In this document: positions 16,985 to 26,780 of the stretch, piece after piece | How positions within the stretch are numbered: the first letter of the stretch is position 1 | How the letters are laid out: each line of letters begins with the position of its first letter | Origin: a virus | Lineage: Duplodnaviria > Caudoviricetes | DNA length: 33,620 nt | Reading direction: 5' to 3' (one strand) | Virus record (IMG/VR): IMGVR_UViG_3300043451_000065 | Coordinates: 1 to 33,620 of that record | Made by a program: the position numbers and the translations under genes | The notes under the pieces: generated by a model | The model's input: the letters and a program-made list of their open reading frames with translations, nothing else | Databases searched by the model: none | Told to the model about the DNA's origin: nothing

Positions 16985-17424
16985 AAGAGAAAAAACCAGT
17001 AAAAGCAAAAGCACCAGTCGAAAAGATCAGAGAAGCTGACCTGATCCTGGAGTGGGCGAATAAATACATCGACTTCTGCCTAGATTCTACTAAGGAAGTA
17101 GCGACTGGGGCAGGCGTTCGGATCATTCGTGAACGTCACTTGCCTACGATCAGCTACTTTTTACTGATATGGCTACCAAGACAAGGCGCTCAATTTTACA
17201 AGCGATCTAATTGGTATAATGTCCTAGGCAATTCTGATCATCCACTACACAAAGAAGTCAAAGAGATAGACGAAATGTTTCGCGCTCTAGCGGCCGATAT
17301 TGTGGCTAATGAAGGAAAGGGTATCTTCTACGCTAAGAATCTATTAGGATGGACGGATCGAGCTAAGAACGAGGAGAAACAAGAAGTAATTATAAGCTTT
17401 GCAAACGAAGATCACACTTCCTAG
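16981..17424 (+). CDS. Putative terminase small subunit
   Basis: Directly upstream of TerL; GIFYAKNLLGWTD C-terminal pattern; ATGA overlap at 16981. Confidence 0.7.
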   Translation: MKEKKPVKAKAPVEKIREADLILEWANKYIDFCLDSTKEVATGAGVRIIRERHLPTISYFLLIWLPRQGAQFYKRSNWYNVLGNSDHPLHKEVKEIDEMFRALAADIVANEGKGIFYAKNLLGWTDRAKNEEKQEVIISFANEDHTS

Positions 17425-18571
17425 ACCACACACTAACCAAGCGAAGGTCTTAAACTCAAAAGCAAGGTTCAAGGTGTTAATGTCCGGCAGACGATGGGGG
17501 AAGTCCTTAATCTGCCAGGTAATCACATGCCTGGAATCCATGCAAGGAAAGCGCGTAGCTTACATAACGCCGACTTACTTGCTAGCCAAGGCGTTCTTCG
17601 ATGAGCTAGCCTTATTGATGCCGGCAAACGTAGCGATCCCTAATAGATCCGATCTAACCTTCAAGCTAATCACTGGGGGATCGATTAGATTCTTTACTGG
17701 AGAACGCCTGGATAATCTCAGGGGTTTAAAGTTTCACTATGTGATCATCGATGAGGCGTCGTTTATTCCTAACCTGGAAGAGGGCTGGAATAATGCCATT
17801 CGTCCAACGCTCACAGACTTCCAAGGGAAGGCGATATTTTTATCAACTCCGAAAGGAAAGAATTTCTTTTACTCACTTTACCTTAAAGGACTCGATCCAT
17901 CTGGAGAGTGGGAGTCATTCAAATACAGCTCTTACGATAATCCACATATTGCAGACGAAGAGATCGACAGCGCTAGACTTGCTTTACCTGAGGTAGTATT
18001 CGAGCAGGAGTACATGGCTAATCCAGCAGAGAACAGCGCGAATCCTTTCGGATCTCAGGCGCTTTCAAAGTGTATCTCCGCTATGTCTCAGGAGCCGGTC
18101 CGCGTATTTGGGATTGACCTTGCAAAATATAGCGACTGGACTGTGATCATTGGATTAGACGGCGCTGGGAATGTGGCTTACTTCGATCGCTTCCAGAGCG
18201 ACTGGGCAAGTACACAAAATAAAATCAGAATGCTTCCAAAGGTTCCGATGCTAGTCGATAGTACTGGTGTAGGCGATCCAGTGGTCGAGCAATTACAGCG
18301 CGAAGGATTAGCGATCGAGGGCTTCAAGTTTACTAGCCAATCGAAGCAGGAATTAATGTTAGGCTTGCAGGTGGCAATTCATCAAGAGAAGATCCACTAC
18401 CCTGCCGGCATGATCCAGGAAGAGCTCGAAATCTTTGAGTATCAATACAGCGCTAATGGTGTAAAGTATTCAGCTCCGAGCGGTTTTCACGATGACTGTG
18501 TGATGGCTTTGGCTTTAGCATGGAGAAAGCTAGACTTCAAGGCTGGCACCGGTAAATACAATTTTGTTTAA
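17399..18571 (+). CDS. terL: Terminase large subunit
   Basis: SGRRWGKS, VIIDEA, STPKG, nuclease GIDLAK...HDDCVMALALA. Confidence 0.96.
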   Translation: MQTKITLPRPHTNQAKVLNSKARFKVLMSGRRWGKSLICQVITCLESMQGKRVAYITPTYLLAKAFFDELALLMPANVAIPNRSDLTFKLITGGSIRFFTGERLDNLRGLKFHYVIIDEASFIPNLEEGWNNAIRPTLTDFQGKAIFLSTPKGKNFFYSLYLKGLDPSGEWESFKYSSYDNPHIADEEIDSARLALPEVVFEQEYMANPAENSANPFGSQALSKCISAMSQEPVRVFGIDLAKYSDWTVIIGLDGAGNVAYFDRFQSDWASTQNKIRMLPKVPMLVDSTGVGDPVVEQLQREGLAIEGFKFTSQSKQELMLGLQVAIHQEKIHYPAGMIQEELEIFEYQYSANGVKYSAPSGFHDDCVMALALAWRKLDFKAGTGKYNFV

Positions 18572-18589
18572 ATGCTATTTAATAACGAT

Positions 18590-19237
18590 ATGACTTGGAA
18601 AGATGTAACTGTATGGCAGTGGATCCAGCTCCAGAATCTCCTTCAAAAAACTGAAGGACTGACAGAGCTCGACATCGCTGTAAAATCCTTGGCTATTCTG
18701 ACTAACCAAACAGAAAACCAAATAGACTCTTTATCTGTAAAGAATCTAAATAAGCAATTATTAGAAATAAAGTTTATCACTGACACGCTCCCAGAGCCTA
18801 AGCCAGTGGACTTTATTAAGACGCCTGGTAGACGATATCGGTGCATCTATGACGTTCGAAATATACCCTACGCCAGGTACCTAGAGACTAAGTTTTTCGG
18901 GGATGACGTAGCGATGAACATTCATAAGATCGCGGCTTCTATGGTCATGCCTATGAAGAGGACCTGGAGAGGATGGAAGGTAGCTAAGTATGATTCAGCA
19001 AAACACGAAGAGTATGCTGAGGATATCTTAGAAGCGCCATTCGAGCAAGTCTACGGATCGATAGTTTTTTTTTGTCAAGTATTCAGCGACTCGATAAGGA
19101 ATTTAGCGGGCTATTTCAAGATGGAGTCAATGAAAGCGGGGATGACGGAAGAGGAGGCAGAGACAATGGCGCAGGGTTTATGCGACGCTTTGGATGGATA
19201 TACCAGGCTACTATCATCGCAGAACACGAAAGGATAA
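18590..19237 (+). CDS. Tail assembly chaperone (gpG-like); alternative start 18572
   Basis: Contains a T9 slippery run with an overlapping -1 ORF. Confidence 0.7.
   Translation: MTWKDVTVWQWIQLQNLLQKTEGLTELDIAVKSLAILTNQTENQIDSLSVKNLNKQLLEIKFITDTLPEPKPVDFIKTPGRRYRCIYDVRNIPYARYLETKFFGDDVAMNIHKIAASMVMPMKRTWRGWKVAKYDSAKHEEYAEDILEAPFEQVYGSIVFFCQVFSDSIRNLAGYFKMESMKAGMTEEEAETMAQGLCDALDGYTRLLSSQNTKG
19064..19074 (+). other. Programmed -1 ribosomal frameshift site
   Basis: GTT TTT TTT TGT gives heptamer T TTT TTT; the -1 frame stays open to 19353. Confidence 0.8.
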
Positions 19238-19353
19238 AATTATCTGAAGTTTACGAGCTTCCGACGATCCAGGCTTTGAATGATCTGTCTTATTTAAAGA
19301 GTAAAAACGCGAATGATCGCGAACAAATAAAACAAGCGTATGCCAAGCATTAG
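19072..19353 (+). CDS. C-terminal part of the frameshifted chaperone (gpGT-like)
   Basis: Begins at the slippery site in the -1 frame; FGWIY...VYELP...LSYLK. Confidence 0.75.
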   Translation: MSSIQRLDKEFSGLFQDGVNESGDDGRGGRDNGAGFMRRFGWIYQATIIAEHERIKLSEVYELPTIQALNDLSYLKSKNANDREQIKQAYAKH

Positions 19354-20035
19354 TCAAGCTCAAGCTTCTTTAGGATCTGACTTCACAGCTGGAGGAATCT
19401 CCAAAGGTGGCGAGGTCGTTTTTAATGCTGTCGAGGCTATCATGACTCAGGCAGCTTTTGAGTTTATACAGCTGGCTAAAAAAAGACTAACACAGCGAGG
19501 TAAGATCGACACTGGTAATCTGTCTGATATCGTAGTAACAGAAGTAAAGCAGAGCGGTACGAAGTATTCTCTTACGATCGGATACGATAAAAATAATCCA
19601 GCGTCTGAGTACTATGACTATAACGATAAGGGGGTAAAAGGAATAGGCGGATTCAAAGGATCACTTCCTAGGGCATTTCACGAGCCGACGAATAGTCCTT
19701 ATAGCTTTAAGAATTTACGCCTTTCTAGTGGCTTTATTACGTCCATCACTAAGTGGTATTTAAGACATAAGTCTTATATCCGCAACGAGGACCAGAGAAA
19801 GAATCTGGCCGGCTTACAGCGCAAAAGAAAAACGCTTGGAAATGTGGTAGACGAGACAGATAAGATCAGAAGCCTGGCGATTGCAACAGCTAAAAACATA
19901 AAAAGAAAAGGTATTTCTAGGACTGGATTCTTCGAAGACAATATCGAGGAGGCTTTCGGTCAAGACTTCCAGATCAAACTAGCTAAGGCGCTAGGCCAAG
20001 ATATAGCTTTAAACATTAAACAAACATTCAAATAA
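19340..20035 (+). CDS. Putative neck/tail completion protein
   Basis: Basic; DTGNLS...Y.DKGV...IKRKGI...FF pattern typical of neck proteins. Confidence 0.5.
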   Translation: MPSISQAQASLGSDFTAGGISKGGEVVFNAVEAIMTQAAFEFIQLAKKRLTQRGKIDTGNLSDIVVTEVKQSGTKYSLTIGYDKNNPASEYYDYNDKGVKGIGGFKGSLPRAFHEPTNSPYSFKNLRLSSGFITSITKWYLRHKSYIRNEDQRKNLAGLQRKRKTLGNVVDETDKIRSLAIATAKNIKRKGISRTGFFEDNIEEAFGQDFQIKLAKALGQDIALNIKQTFK

Positions 20036-21186
20036 TGGCGATCACTATTGAAAGCATCCCAGCAAGTTATTCTTCAGCTCATGACGCGCTATGGTTCGTC
20101 GTAAGCTCTAGCAACATAGGGCAATCTAATTTTAAATATGTATTTGACATACAAATTAATTCCGCAACAGTCGCAACCTTCAAAGTCTACCCAGATCCTA
20201 ACAATTTGGGGATCATCGATTTCGGCCCTATTGTCAGAAATTACTTTGCAAGCCAACTTATCGATGACGGCTCAGGCTTTGTCCGCAATGCAGACGGCTT
20301 CTTACATGTCGATTTCACGATCCTATACGGCGAAGAATACGGAGGAGTAACTTATCCGAATCTTACTTCCGGATCCTATAAAGGCTGGAACTTCTCGCTT
20401 GATCCTTTCCGTACTCCGATGACTACTTATGCAAATAAGTTCTTAACATCACGCGATCGGACTCAGGCTAAGGTAGCTTCTGGAGAATCTTTCTTGATCA
20501 CTTTCTTTAATTCAGACTTAGCCAGTTCGCTAACTGCTACGATCCAGAATCTAAATGAGGACGGATCAAATAACGGAAGCGCATCGACTGGATCTAACTT
20601 CTTACCTAGCGCGGTCCATGGAATCCTTTTGGATCTATCTCCGGCTTCGATAAACGCTTACCTTGGCACGACTAAGATCACTGCTAGCACTTATGCTTAT
20701 CGCGTATCGATCGGCGCTGATTCGATAACTATTACACAGACTTGCGCTCCTAGATTTACGCCGGTTCAGATCGTATTCCAAAATCAGTTTGGAGGATACG
20801 ATCAATTCGCGTTTAGATTATTATCGAGACAGAATAAAAAAATGAATCGTAAAACTTACACACGCTCTGGATATGAAATTAACTCTAGCACAAAAACGAT
20901 GGATTACAAGAATTCGTCTAATGTTTTTTATGGCGGTTCAAGAAGCTTCACGACTGGCATCGATTATTCTTACCTTGTAACTAGCGACTACTTATCGATC
21001 GATGACTATAACCTGGGATCTCAGCTTCTAGCATCTAATGAGATTTATTACAAGCTAGATGGTAATTACTACCCGGTCGTTTTTACTGGCACTACATGGC
21101 AGGAAAAAAATAATAGCTCAGATAAGATCTTCAATTACGAATTGAACTTCGATTTAGGTATCAAACAGTTTAGCCAGTTTAAGTAA
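20035..21186 (+). CDS. Tail structural protein (distal tail-like)
   Basis: Beta-rich; FQNQFGGYDQF C-terminal motif; tail operon context. Confidence 0.55.
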   Translation: MAITIESIPASYSSAHDALWFVVSSSNIGQSNFKYVFDIQINSATVATFKVYPDPNNLGIIDFGPIVRNYFASQLIDDGSGFVRNADGFLHVDFTILYGEEYGGVTYPNLTSGSYKGWNFSLDPFRTPMTTYANKFLTSRDRTQAKVASGESFLITFFNSDLASSLTATIQNLNEDGSNNGSASTGSNFLPSAVHGILLDLSPASINAYLGTTKITASTYAYRVSIGADSITITQTCAPRFTPVQIVFQNQFGGYDQFAFRLLSRQNKKMNRKTYTRSGYEINSSTKTMDYKNSSNVFYGGSRSFTTGIDYSYLVTSDYLSIDDYNLGSQLLASNEIYYKLDGNYYPVVFTGTTWQEKNNSSDKIFNYELNFDLGIKQFSQFK

Positions 21187-23342
21187 TGATCACAGAAATA
21201 ATAGTAGAAAATAGTAGGCTTGACATCTACCAAGATCTTGGCCTTGAATTAAATTTGGCGATTGATGACATTAAAGACTTTAGCTCTCGAAACACGACGT
21301 ACTCTAAAACTATTACAGTTCCAGGGAATGCTAATAACAATAAAATTTTTGGGCATATTTATAGCCTTACTAGTGCTAATAATTACGGGATTAATACAGA
21401 TAATCCAAGCGTTGGTTATAATTTCGATCCGACTAAACAAACTAATGCGAAGATATTTGTAAATAAAATCCAGGTATTTAAGGGCGTTCTTCGATTGCTA
21501 GAGATTAAGATCGACGAAGGACAGATCGAATATGAGTGCGCAGTATTTGGAGAGCTTGGAGGTTTCGCCTCCGCGATCTCAAATAAAACTTTGCAGGATA
21601 CTGAATTTTCAAACTACTTCACACAGTACAATCAAAACTGGAGCGAAACTAATATCGCTAATTCCTGGAATGCTTCAGGAACTGGCATCGTATTTCCTTT
21701 AATTGATTACGGTCTTTGCAAGCATGGAAGTATTGACTACCACATGGACGCGTTCAGACCGGCATTCTTTGTCTATGAACTGCTAGATAAAATAATTGAT
21801 TTCTCTGGCTATACTTATTCCTCAGATTTCTTTAATTCTACATTCTTTAGAAGCCTAATTATCCCGAATAATTTCGCGAACATGGAGCAGATTATTTCAA
21901 ATTTGCTAAATGCTCAAGCTGCTAATATTTCGATAACAGAATCGGATCAATTACTGACTTTTAATTCTACAAATTTATACCAGTTCACAGTAGCGACGTC
22001 TAATACTTTCACTTTTACTGGCACTACTGGGACCATTGGTAAATTTCAATTTCAAGGATACGGCACTGTTGTAACTCAACGCCAGGTAAATATCAAGCTA
22101 TACCAGAACAGCACTGTGATTTGGTCTGGAATTTTAGCTGATAATGACGATTCGCTTACAGAATTTTATATTAATCAAGAGGTCCAAGTAACTCTTACAA
22201 ATGGAGACACGTTTTATGTAGAAGTAACTACTAATCCTAGTAGCAATCCAAACTACGAATTTGTCTCTGAGAACTTAATGCTAGATTTCTTCTCTAATGA
22301 TCTACAGCCAGTTCAAGCTGTTTATGGATCTAGCTTATCGATGCCTAACTTATTGCCTAAAGGGATCCTGCAAAAAGATTTGTTTATTACTATTTGCCGG
22401 ATGTTTAATCTTTATGTCTACGAGGATAGAACAAAAGACAAGCACATCATGATCGAGCCTTTCATCGACTTCTATCAGATAGGTGGAGGCTTCTTGAGGA
22501 TTGACGATTTCGGTAGTTTAGTTTTACATGGAGAGCCAGGAGATTCGACTGGATTAGTTTTATTAGAAGATCCAGTTTCAAACGCTGTCAATTGGTCCAA
22601 TAAGGTAGACTATTCGCAGCCGATCAGCATCAAGCCTATGAGTGAGCTTAATGCGCGATTCTACGACTTTAAATATACAGAAGACGATGACTTCTATAAT
22701 GAGCGATATAATAAAAAATATAGCGAAAGTTATGGAGATCGCAAAGAGGATACTGGTTTTGAATTTACTAAAGATGTAACGAATATCGATATCATTTTTA
22801 GCCCTTCTGTTTTAGTCAAAAGAGCTGGAGATACTAAGCTTTGTGCAGCTTTATATGATCGTTCGGACAATGTCGAGGAAAGAAGGGATACTAATATCCG
22901 GATCATGCAGTTTAAGAAAATTACTGGAGTTCCTTCCTGGAATATCAAACAGCCAAGCGCTCAAGGAACTGGAAACGTAGGATCTGCGATCACTTACTAC
23001 GGTTATGCTGGGCACTTAGATCATCCGACAGCTCCGACTACTGATATTAATTTTGGGGTTCCTAAAGAATTATTGATCACGTTAAATGTTCAATATCCTT
23101 CAGCGAATTTATTCACTGCTTTCTGGGGGGATTATTTGGCTGAGATAATTGCTAAGGATAGTAAGCTCCTATCTTGCTATTTATACCTAGATCTGCAAGA
23201 CATCTATTCTTTAGATTTCTCTAAACTGATCCTAATTGATGGCGCGCTGTGGAGATTAAACAAAGTGAATGACTTTAATCCTAGCGTTCCAAAAACTACC
23301 CAGGTAGAACTATTGAGAGTAATTGAATTAACATACGAATAA
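21186..23342 (+). CDS. Tail tip/baseplate hub protein
   Basis: 718 aa; SKTITVPG..NNKIF, FPLIDYG, CRMFNLY; adjacent to tape measure. Confidence 0.6.
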   Translation: MITEIIVENSRLDIYQDLGLELNLAIDDIKDFSSRNTTYSKTITVPGNANNNKIFGHIYSLTSANNYGINTDNPSVGYNFDPTKQTNAKIFVNKIQVFKGVLRLLEIKIDEGQIEYECAVFGELGGFASAISNKTLQDTEFSNYFTQYNQNWSETNIANSWNASGTGIVFPLIDYGLCKHGSIDYHMDAFRPAFFVYELLDKIIDFSGYTYSSDFFNSTFFRSLIIPNNFANMEQIISNLLNAQAANISITESDQLLTFNSTNLYQFTVATSNTFTFTGTTGTIGKFQFQGYGTVVTQRQVNIKLYQNSTVIWSGILADNDDSLTEFYINQEVQVTLTNGDTFYVEVTTNPSSNPNYEFVSENLMLDFFSNDLQPVQAVYGSSLSMPNLLPKGILQKDLFITICRMFNLYVYEDRTKDKHIMIEPFIDFYQIGGGFLRIDDFGSLVLHGEPGDSTGLVLLEDPVSNAVNWSNKVDYSQPISIKPMSELNARFYDFKYTEDDDFYNERYNKKYSESYGDRKEDTGFEFTKDVTNIDIIFSPSVLVKRAGDTKLCAALYDRSDNVEERRDTNIRIMQFKKITGVPSWNIKQPSAQGTGNVGSAITYYGYAGHLDHPTAPTTDINFGVPKELLITLNVQYPSANLFTAFWGDYLAEIIAKDSKLLSCYLYLDLQDIYSLDFSKLILIDGALWRLNKVNDFNPSVPKTTQVELLRVIELTYE

Positions 23343-25219
23343 TGGCAGTAAACGAAACAGTAGGTATTAATCTAGTAGCCGACACGAAGAGTCTTAGAGG
23401 ACAGCTTCGTGAGGCTATGATGGAATTAGTAAAACTCCAGAATTCAGCTGGAGCCTCCGCTCAGGAGATTGCAAACGCTGCCAAAAAAGCCGCCGAATTA
23501 AAAGATAGGATTGGAGATGCTAAGGCTACGATCGAGGCTTTCGATCCAGATGCTAAATTTAAAGCATTCGGTCAATCAATCCAGGGCGTAGCTGGAGCTT
23601 TCGCTGCAACTCAGGGAGCTCTTGCCCTGGTAGGGGTAGAATCTGCTGAGGTAGAGAAGCAACTCTTAAAAGTTCAGGGAGCTTTGGCCCTATCTGAGGG
23701 ACTAAATACGGTCCTTGCCTCGATAGATGGCTTTAAAAACTTAGGGCTAGTAATCAAAACAAACGTATTAAGCGCCTTTGCTTCAATGAAAGCGGCTGCG
23801 ATTAGTGCTTTTACCACTATGAGAGGGGCATTAATTGCCACTGGAGTAGGTGCTTTTGCTATTGCTTTGGGTTTAATTGTCTCAAATTTTGATGCAATTA
23901 AGGAGGCGGTCCTTAAAGTGGTTCCTGGTTTGGCTAATGTAGGGAAAATTTTCTCTGGATTAGTTGAGAAAGTGACCGATTTCGTAGGGATCACAAACCA
24001 GGCAGAGCGCTCTTTGGAGAAATTCACTAAGACTTCAGAGCGTAGAAAGGAAGGTTTAGAGTCTGAGCTTAAAGTAATGGAGGCAGCAGGAGCCAGCGAG
24101 AAGGCTCTATCAGATAAACGTAAGGAGATAGTCAATACAGACTTAAATGTATTACGTCAAAAGCTAAAGACTAACGGAGAGCTAAGTGCTGAGGAAATGA
24201 AGAAATTCCGCGAGCTCAAGACTGAGCTTGTTGTAATTGATACCAAGTACAATAAATCTGTAACGGATGCAAACCAAAAGCGCAATGAAGAAATAGCCAA
24301 ACAAAATAAGGAGGCTAAAGACAAGGCAGACGCGGAGGCTAAGAAAGCTAAGGAAGAGGCAGACAAGAAAGCAGAGGAGGCAGCCAAGGAACTTAAAAAG
24401 AATAAGGAAAGAGTCGCTTCTGAGGATGAAGAACTAAGACTTAGAAATGCTGATAAATTTAAAAGTGAACAGCAGATCGAAGAAGAAGCGGTCCTTGAAA
24501 AATACACAAAGCAATTAGACGATCGAATTAAATTCGGTGGGGATGAGGCAGTGATCGAGGAGGCGAAGAATGAAGAGCTTCAAAAGATCAGAGAGAAATA
24601 CGAGCAGAAAGCGCTTGAAGATTTAAGTACTAATTCTGAGGAAGCGGTCCAAATAAATAGGGCTACTGTTCAGATGCAAACAGAGGACTTAAAGAAAAAC
24701 GTAGAGGCTAGAAAGAAACTTGCTGAGGAAGAAAAGAAGGCTAAGATTCAAGCTGCTTCTGCAACTGCTGACACTTTAGCAAACCTATCGAATCTATTAG
24801 GACAAGAGACGGCAGCTGGTAAGGCTATGGCTGTAGCCAGTGCTACGATCTCCGCAATCGTTTCAGCTCAGAAAGCTTATGAGTCTACGATCGGTATTCC
24901 TTACGTCGGTCCTATCTTAGCTCCGATCAATGCCGGGCTTGCTTTAGCTTCTGGATATAAATCGATTCAGAGTATCTTAGCTGTCCAGGTTCCTGGTGGA
25001 GCTGGAGGAGGCGGAAGCGCTCCAGGAATGCCAAGCATGCCAAGCGCAGGATCAGGAGCTCCTATAGCTCCAAGAGCAGCGGAGCCAGTTCCGACTTCAT
25101 TAGATCAGCGATCATTAAATACTATCTCAAACGTAACGACTCGCGCCTATGTGGTAGAGAGTGACATTACTGGATCACAGAAAAGAATTGAGCGTATCGA
25201 GAAAGCTTCAAGATTTTAA
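23342..25219 (+). CDS. Tape measure protein
   Basis: Ala-rich helical/coiled-coil protein with hydrophobic stretches; C-terminal RAYVVESDIT. Confidence 0.8.
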   Translation: MAVNETVGINLVADTKSLRGQLREAMMELVKLQNSAGASAQEIANAAKKAAELKDRIGDAKATIEAFDPDAKFKAFGQSIQGVAGAFAATQGALALVGVESAEVEKQLLKVQGALALSEGLNTVLASIDGFKNLGLVIKTNVLSAFASMKAAAISAFTTMRGALIATGVGAFAIALGLIVSNFDAIKEAVLKVVPGLANVGKIFSGLVEKVTDFVGITNQAERSLEKFTKTSERRKEGLESELKVMEAAGASEKALSDKRKEIVNTDLNVLRQKLKTNGELSAEEMKKFRELKTELVVIDTKYNKSVTDANQKRNEEIAKQNKEAKDKADAEAKKAKEEADKKAEEAAKELKKNKERVASEDEELRLRNADKFKSEQQIEEEAVLEKYTKQLDDRIKFGGDEAVIEEAKNEELQKIREKYEQKALEDLSTNSEEAVQINRATVQMQTEDLKKNVEARKKLAEEEKKAKIQAASATADTLANLSNLLGQETAAGKAMAVASATISAIVSAQKAYESTIGIPYVGPILAPINAGLALASGYKSIQSILAVQVPGGAGGGGSAPGMPSMPSAGSGAPIAPRAAEPVPTSLDQRSLNTISNVTTRAYVVESDITGSQKRIERIEKASRF

Positions 25220-25233
25220 CTAAAAAATAAAGA

Positions 25234-26532
25234 ATGAATTTACCTATTTATTTACTAGAAATTAATGAGGACCTAATGGATGGATCTGAAGTAGATTTCG
25301 TCGCTTTGGTAGACAAGCCAGCGATCGAAAGAAACTTCCTTCGCTTCAAAGAGGATCGCTTAAATTTTGAGATCCAGGACGAAGAGCGCCGGATCATCTC
25401 AGGTCCTATCATGCTAGCAGATACACCGATCTATCGTAACGATAACGGCCAAGAGTATTTCGTTTCCTTTCCAAAGGATACGATTTACAAGATCGTTAAA
25501 AAAATGTTCCAGAAGGGATATACTTCAAACGTGAATTTGATGCACGATCCTAACCAGGTGGTCGATGGCGTGACGATGTTTGAGTGTTGGATCACAGATG
25601 AGTCGAGAGGAATCAAACCAATGAAAGGATTTGAAGACGCTCCAGACGGCTCGGCTTTTGCCTCTTATTCGATCGATAACGAAGAGGTTTGGTCTAAAGT
25701 TAAATCTGGGGAGTTTAAAGGTTTCTCTGTGGAAGGTATGTTCAACTACAAGAAACAGCCAAGCGAGATGACTAAAGAAGAAAAGCTCTGGTCTGATATC
25801 GCAACGATCCTGGATGAAATTGATTTCGGTGGTCCTGGTAGTGGAAGACGTCCAGAAGGAGGGGCAGACAAAGAATCAAAGGGGGCTGGTAGAATGCCAA
25901 AGGTGGCGATCGTAAAACCAGGAGATCCAAGAGTTTCTAGTTTAATGGAAGGAGCTAAAGCTTCAGCTGGCGAAGTAGATAAAGTCGGCAAAGGTTATGC
26001 TGAAAAACTAGGAGGCGTAGTGACTCCGATCAACTTAAAATCTGAAGATAGTATTTTAAGAAAGGTAAACGACGAAGAAGGCGGAAAGGTAGACGCGATA
26101 AAAGATGCGGTCAGAAACACAGTCGTAATTGATCGAGAAAAAATCGGATCAGCTAGAGATCTGGCTAAGTCTGATCCTAGATTCAGCGCTGAGAATGGCG
26201 GAAGAATTAAGGTTCAGGAAGGCGATCAATTTTTCGGATATTCTGGAACGATCGTAAACTTCAAGACTGAAAATGGAACGATGGCAGAAATGCAAATTAA
26301 TACTCCAGCGATGATCTATGCGAAAGAAAAAGAAGGAAGCGCTAGAGCTGTTCTAGGAGACAAGAAATACGACGAGATCGCAAAAAGAACTGGTCTTCCT
26401 GGGGGCCAAGGTCATGCTCTATATGAGGAGATCAGAGTCTTAAACGCCGGACGTCCAACTGTGGAAAATGTTCAAAGGATCGAGGAGCTAAAATCACAGT
26501 CAATAAATTATTATAAAAACTTTGGTTTCTAA
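25234..26532 (+). CDS. XkdF-like prohead protease fused to a RelA/SpoT-type (Apk/Tas1-like) nucleotidyltransferase
   Basis: aa 1-198: VALVDKPAIE, ERRIISGPIM, NLMH, VKSGEFKGFSVEG; GGPGSG linker at aa 199; then LKSEDSILRK, IKDAVRNT, GYSG, EMQINT, HALYEEIR. Confidence 0.82.
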   Translation: MNLPIYLLEINEDLMDGSEVDFVALVDKPAIERNFLRFKEDRLNFEIQDEERRIISGPIMLADTPIYRNDNGQEYFVSFPKDTIYKIVKKMFQKGYTSNVNLMHDPNQVVDGVTMFECWITDESRGIKPMKGFEDAPDGSAFASYSIDNEEVWSKVKSGEFKGFSVEGMFNYKKQPSEMTKEEKLWSDIATILDEIDFGGPGSGRRPEGGADKESKGAGRMPKVAIVKPGDPRVSSLMEGAKASAGEVDKVGKGYAEKLGGVVTPINLKSEDSILRKVNDEEGGKVDAIKDAVRNTVVIDREKIGSARDLAKSDPRFSAENGGRIKVQEGDQFFGYSGTIVNFKTENGTMAEMQINTPAMIYAKEKEGSARAVLGDKKYDEIAKRTGLPGGQGHALYEEIRVLNAGRPTVENVQRIEELKSQSINYYKNFGF

Positions 26533-26555
26533 ATAAAATTTTATATATTGTAAAT

Positions 26556-26780
26556 ATGAGTGACTTGATGAATTTAGTAGAGCGCCTAAACAGCGTGCCA
26601 GTTTATTTGCTTTTAGAAAGCGAAGATCTGGTAATTAAAAGTCTTCCAGAAAATCCGAGCTTGATCGCAAAAAGAAAAGCCGGCGAAGAATTCCCTTTGG
26701 CATTCAACACCGACTTAGCGATCGAAGCGATCTATCAAGGAGGAAAAGAGATCAGCGAAGCTGAATATTTGAGCTATTAA
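26556..26780 (+). CDS. Small acidic protein, candidate immunity/antitoxin
   Basis: 74 aa, directly after the toxin-like domain; ends EISEAEY. Confidence 0.55.
   Translation: MSDLMNLVERLNSVPVYLLLESEDLVIKSLPENPSLIAKRKAGEEFPLAFNTDLAIEAIYQGGKEISEAEYLSY

Noticed and set aside
25244-25252. CTATTTA inside the protease gene start
   Set aside because: Lies within codons for P-I-Y-L downstream of the ATG; likely coincidental
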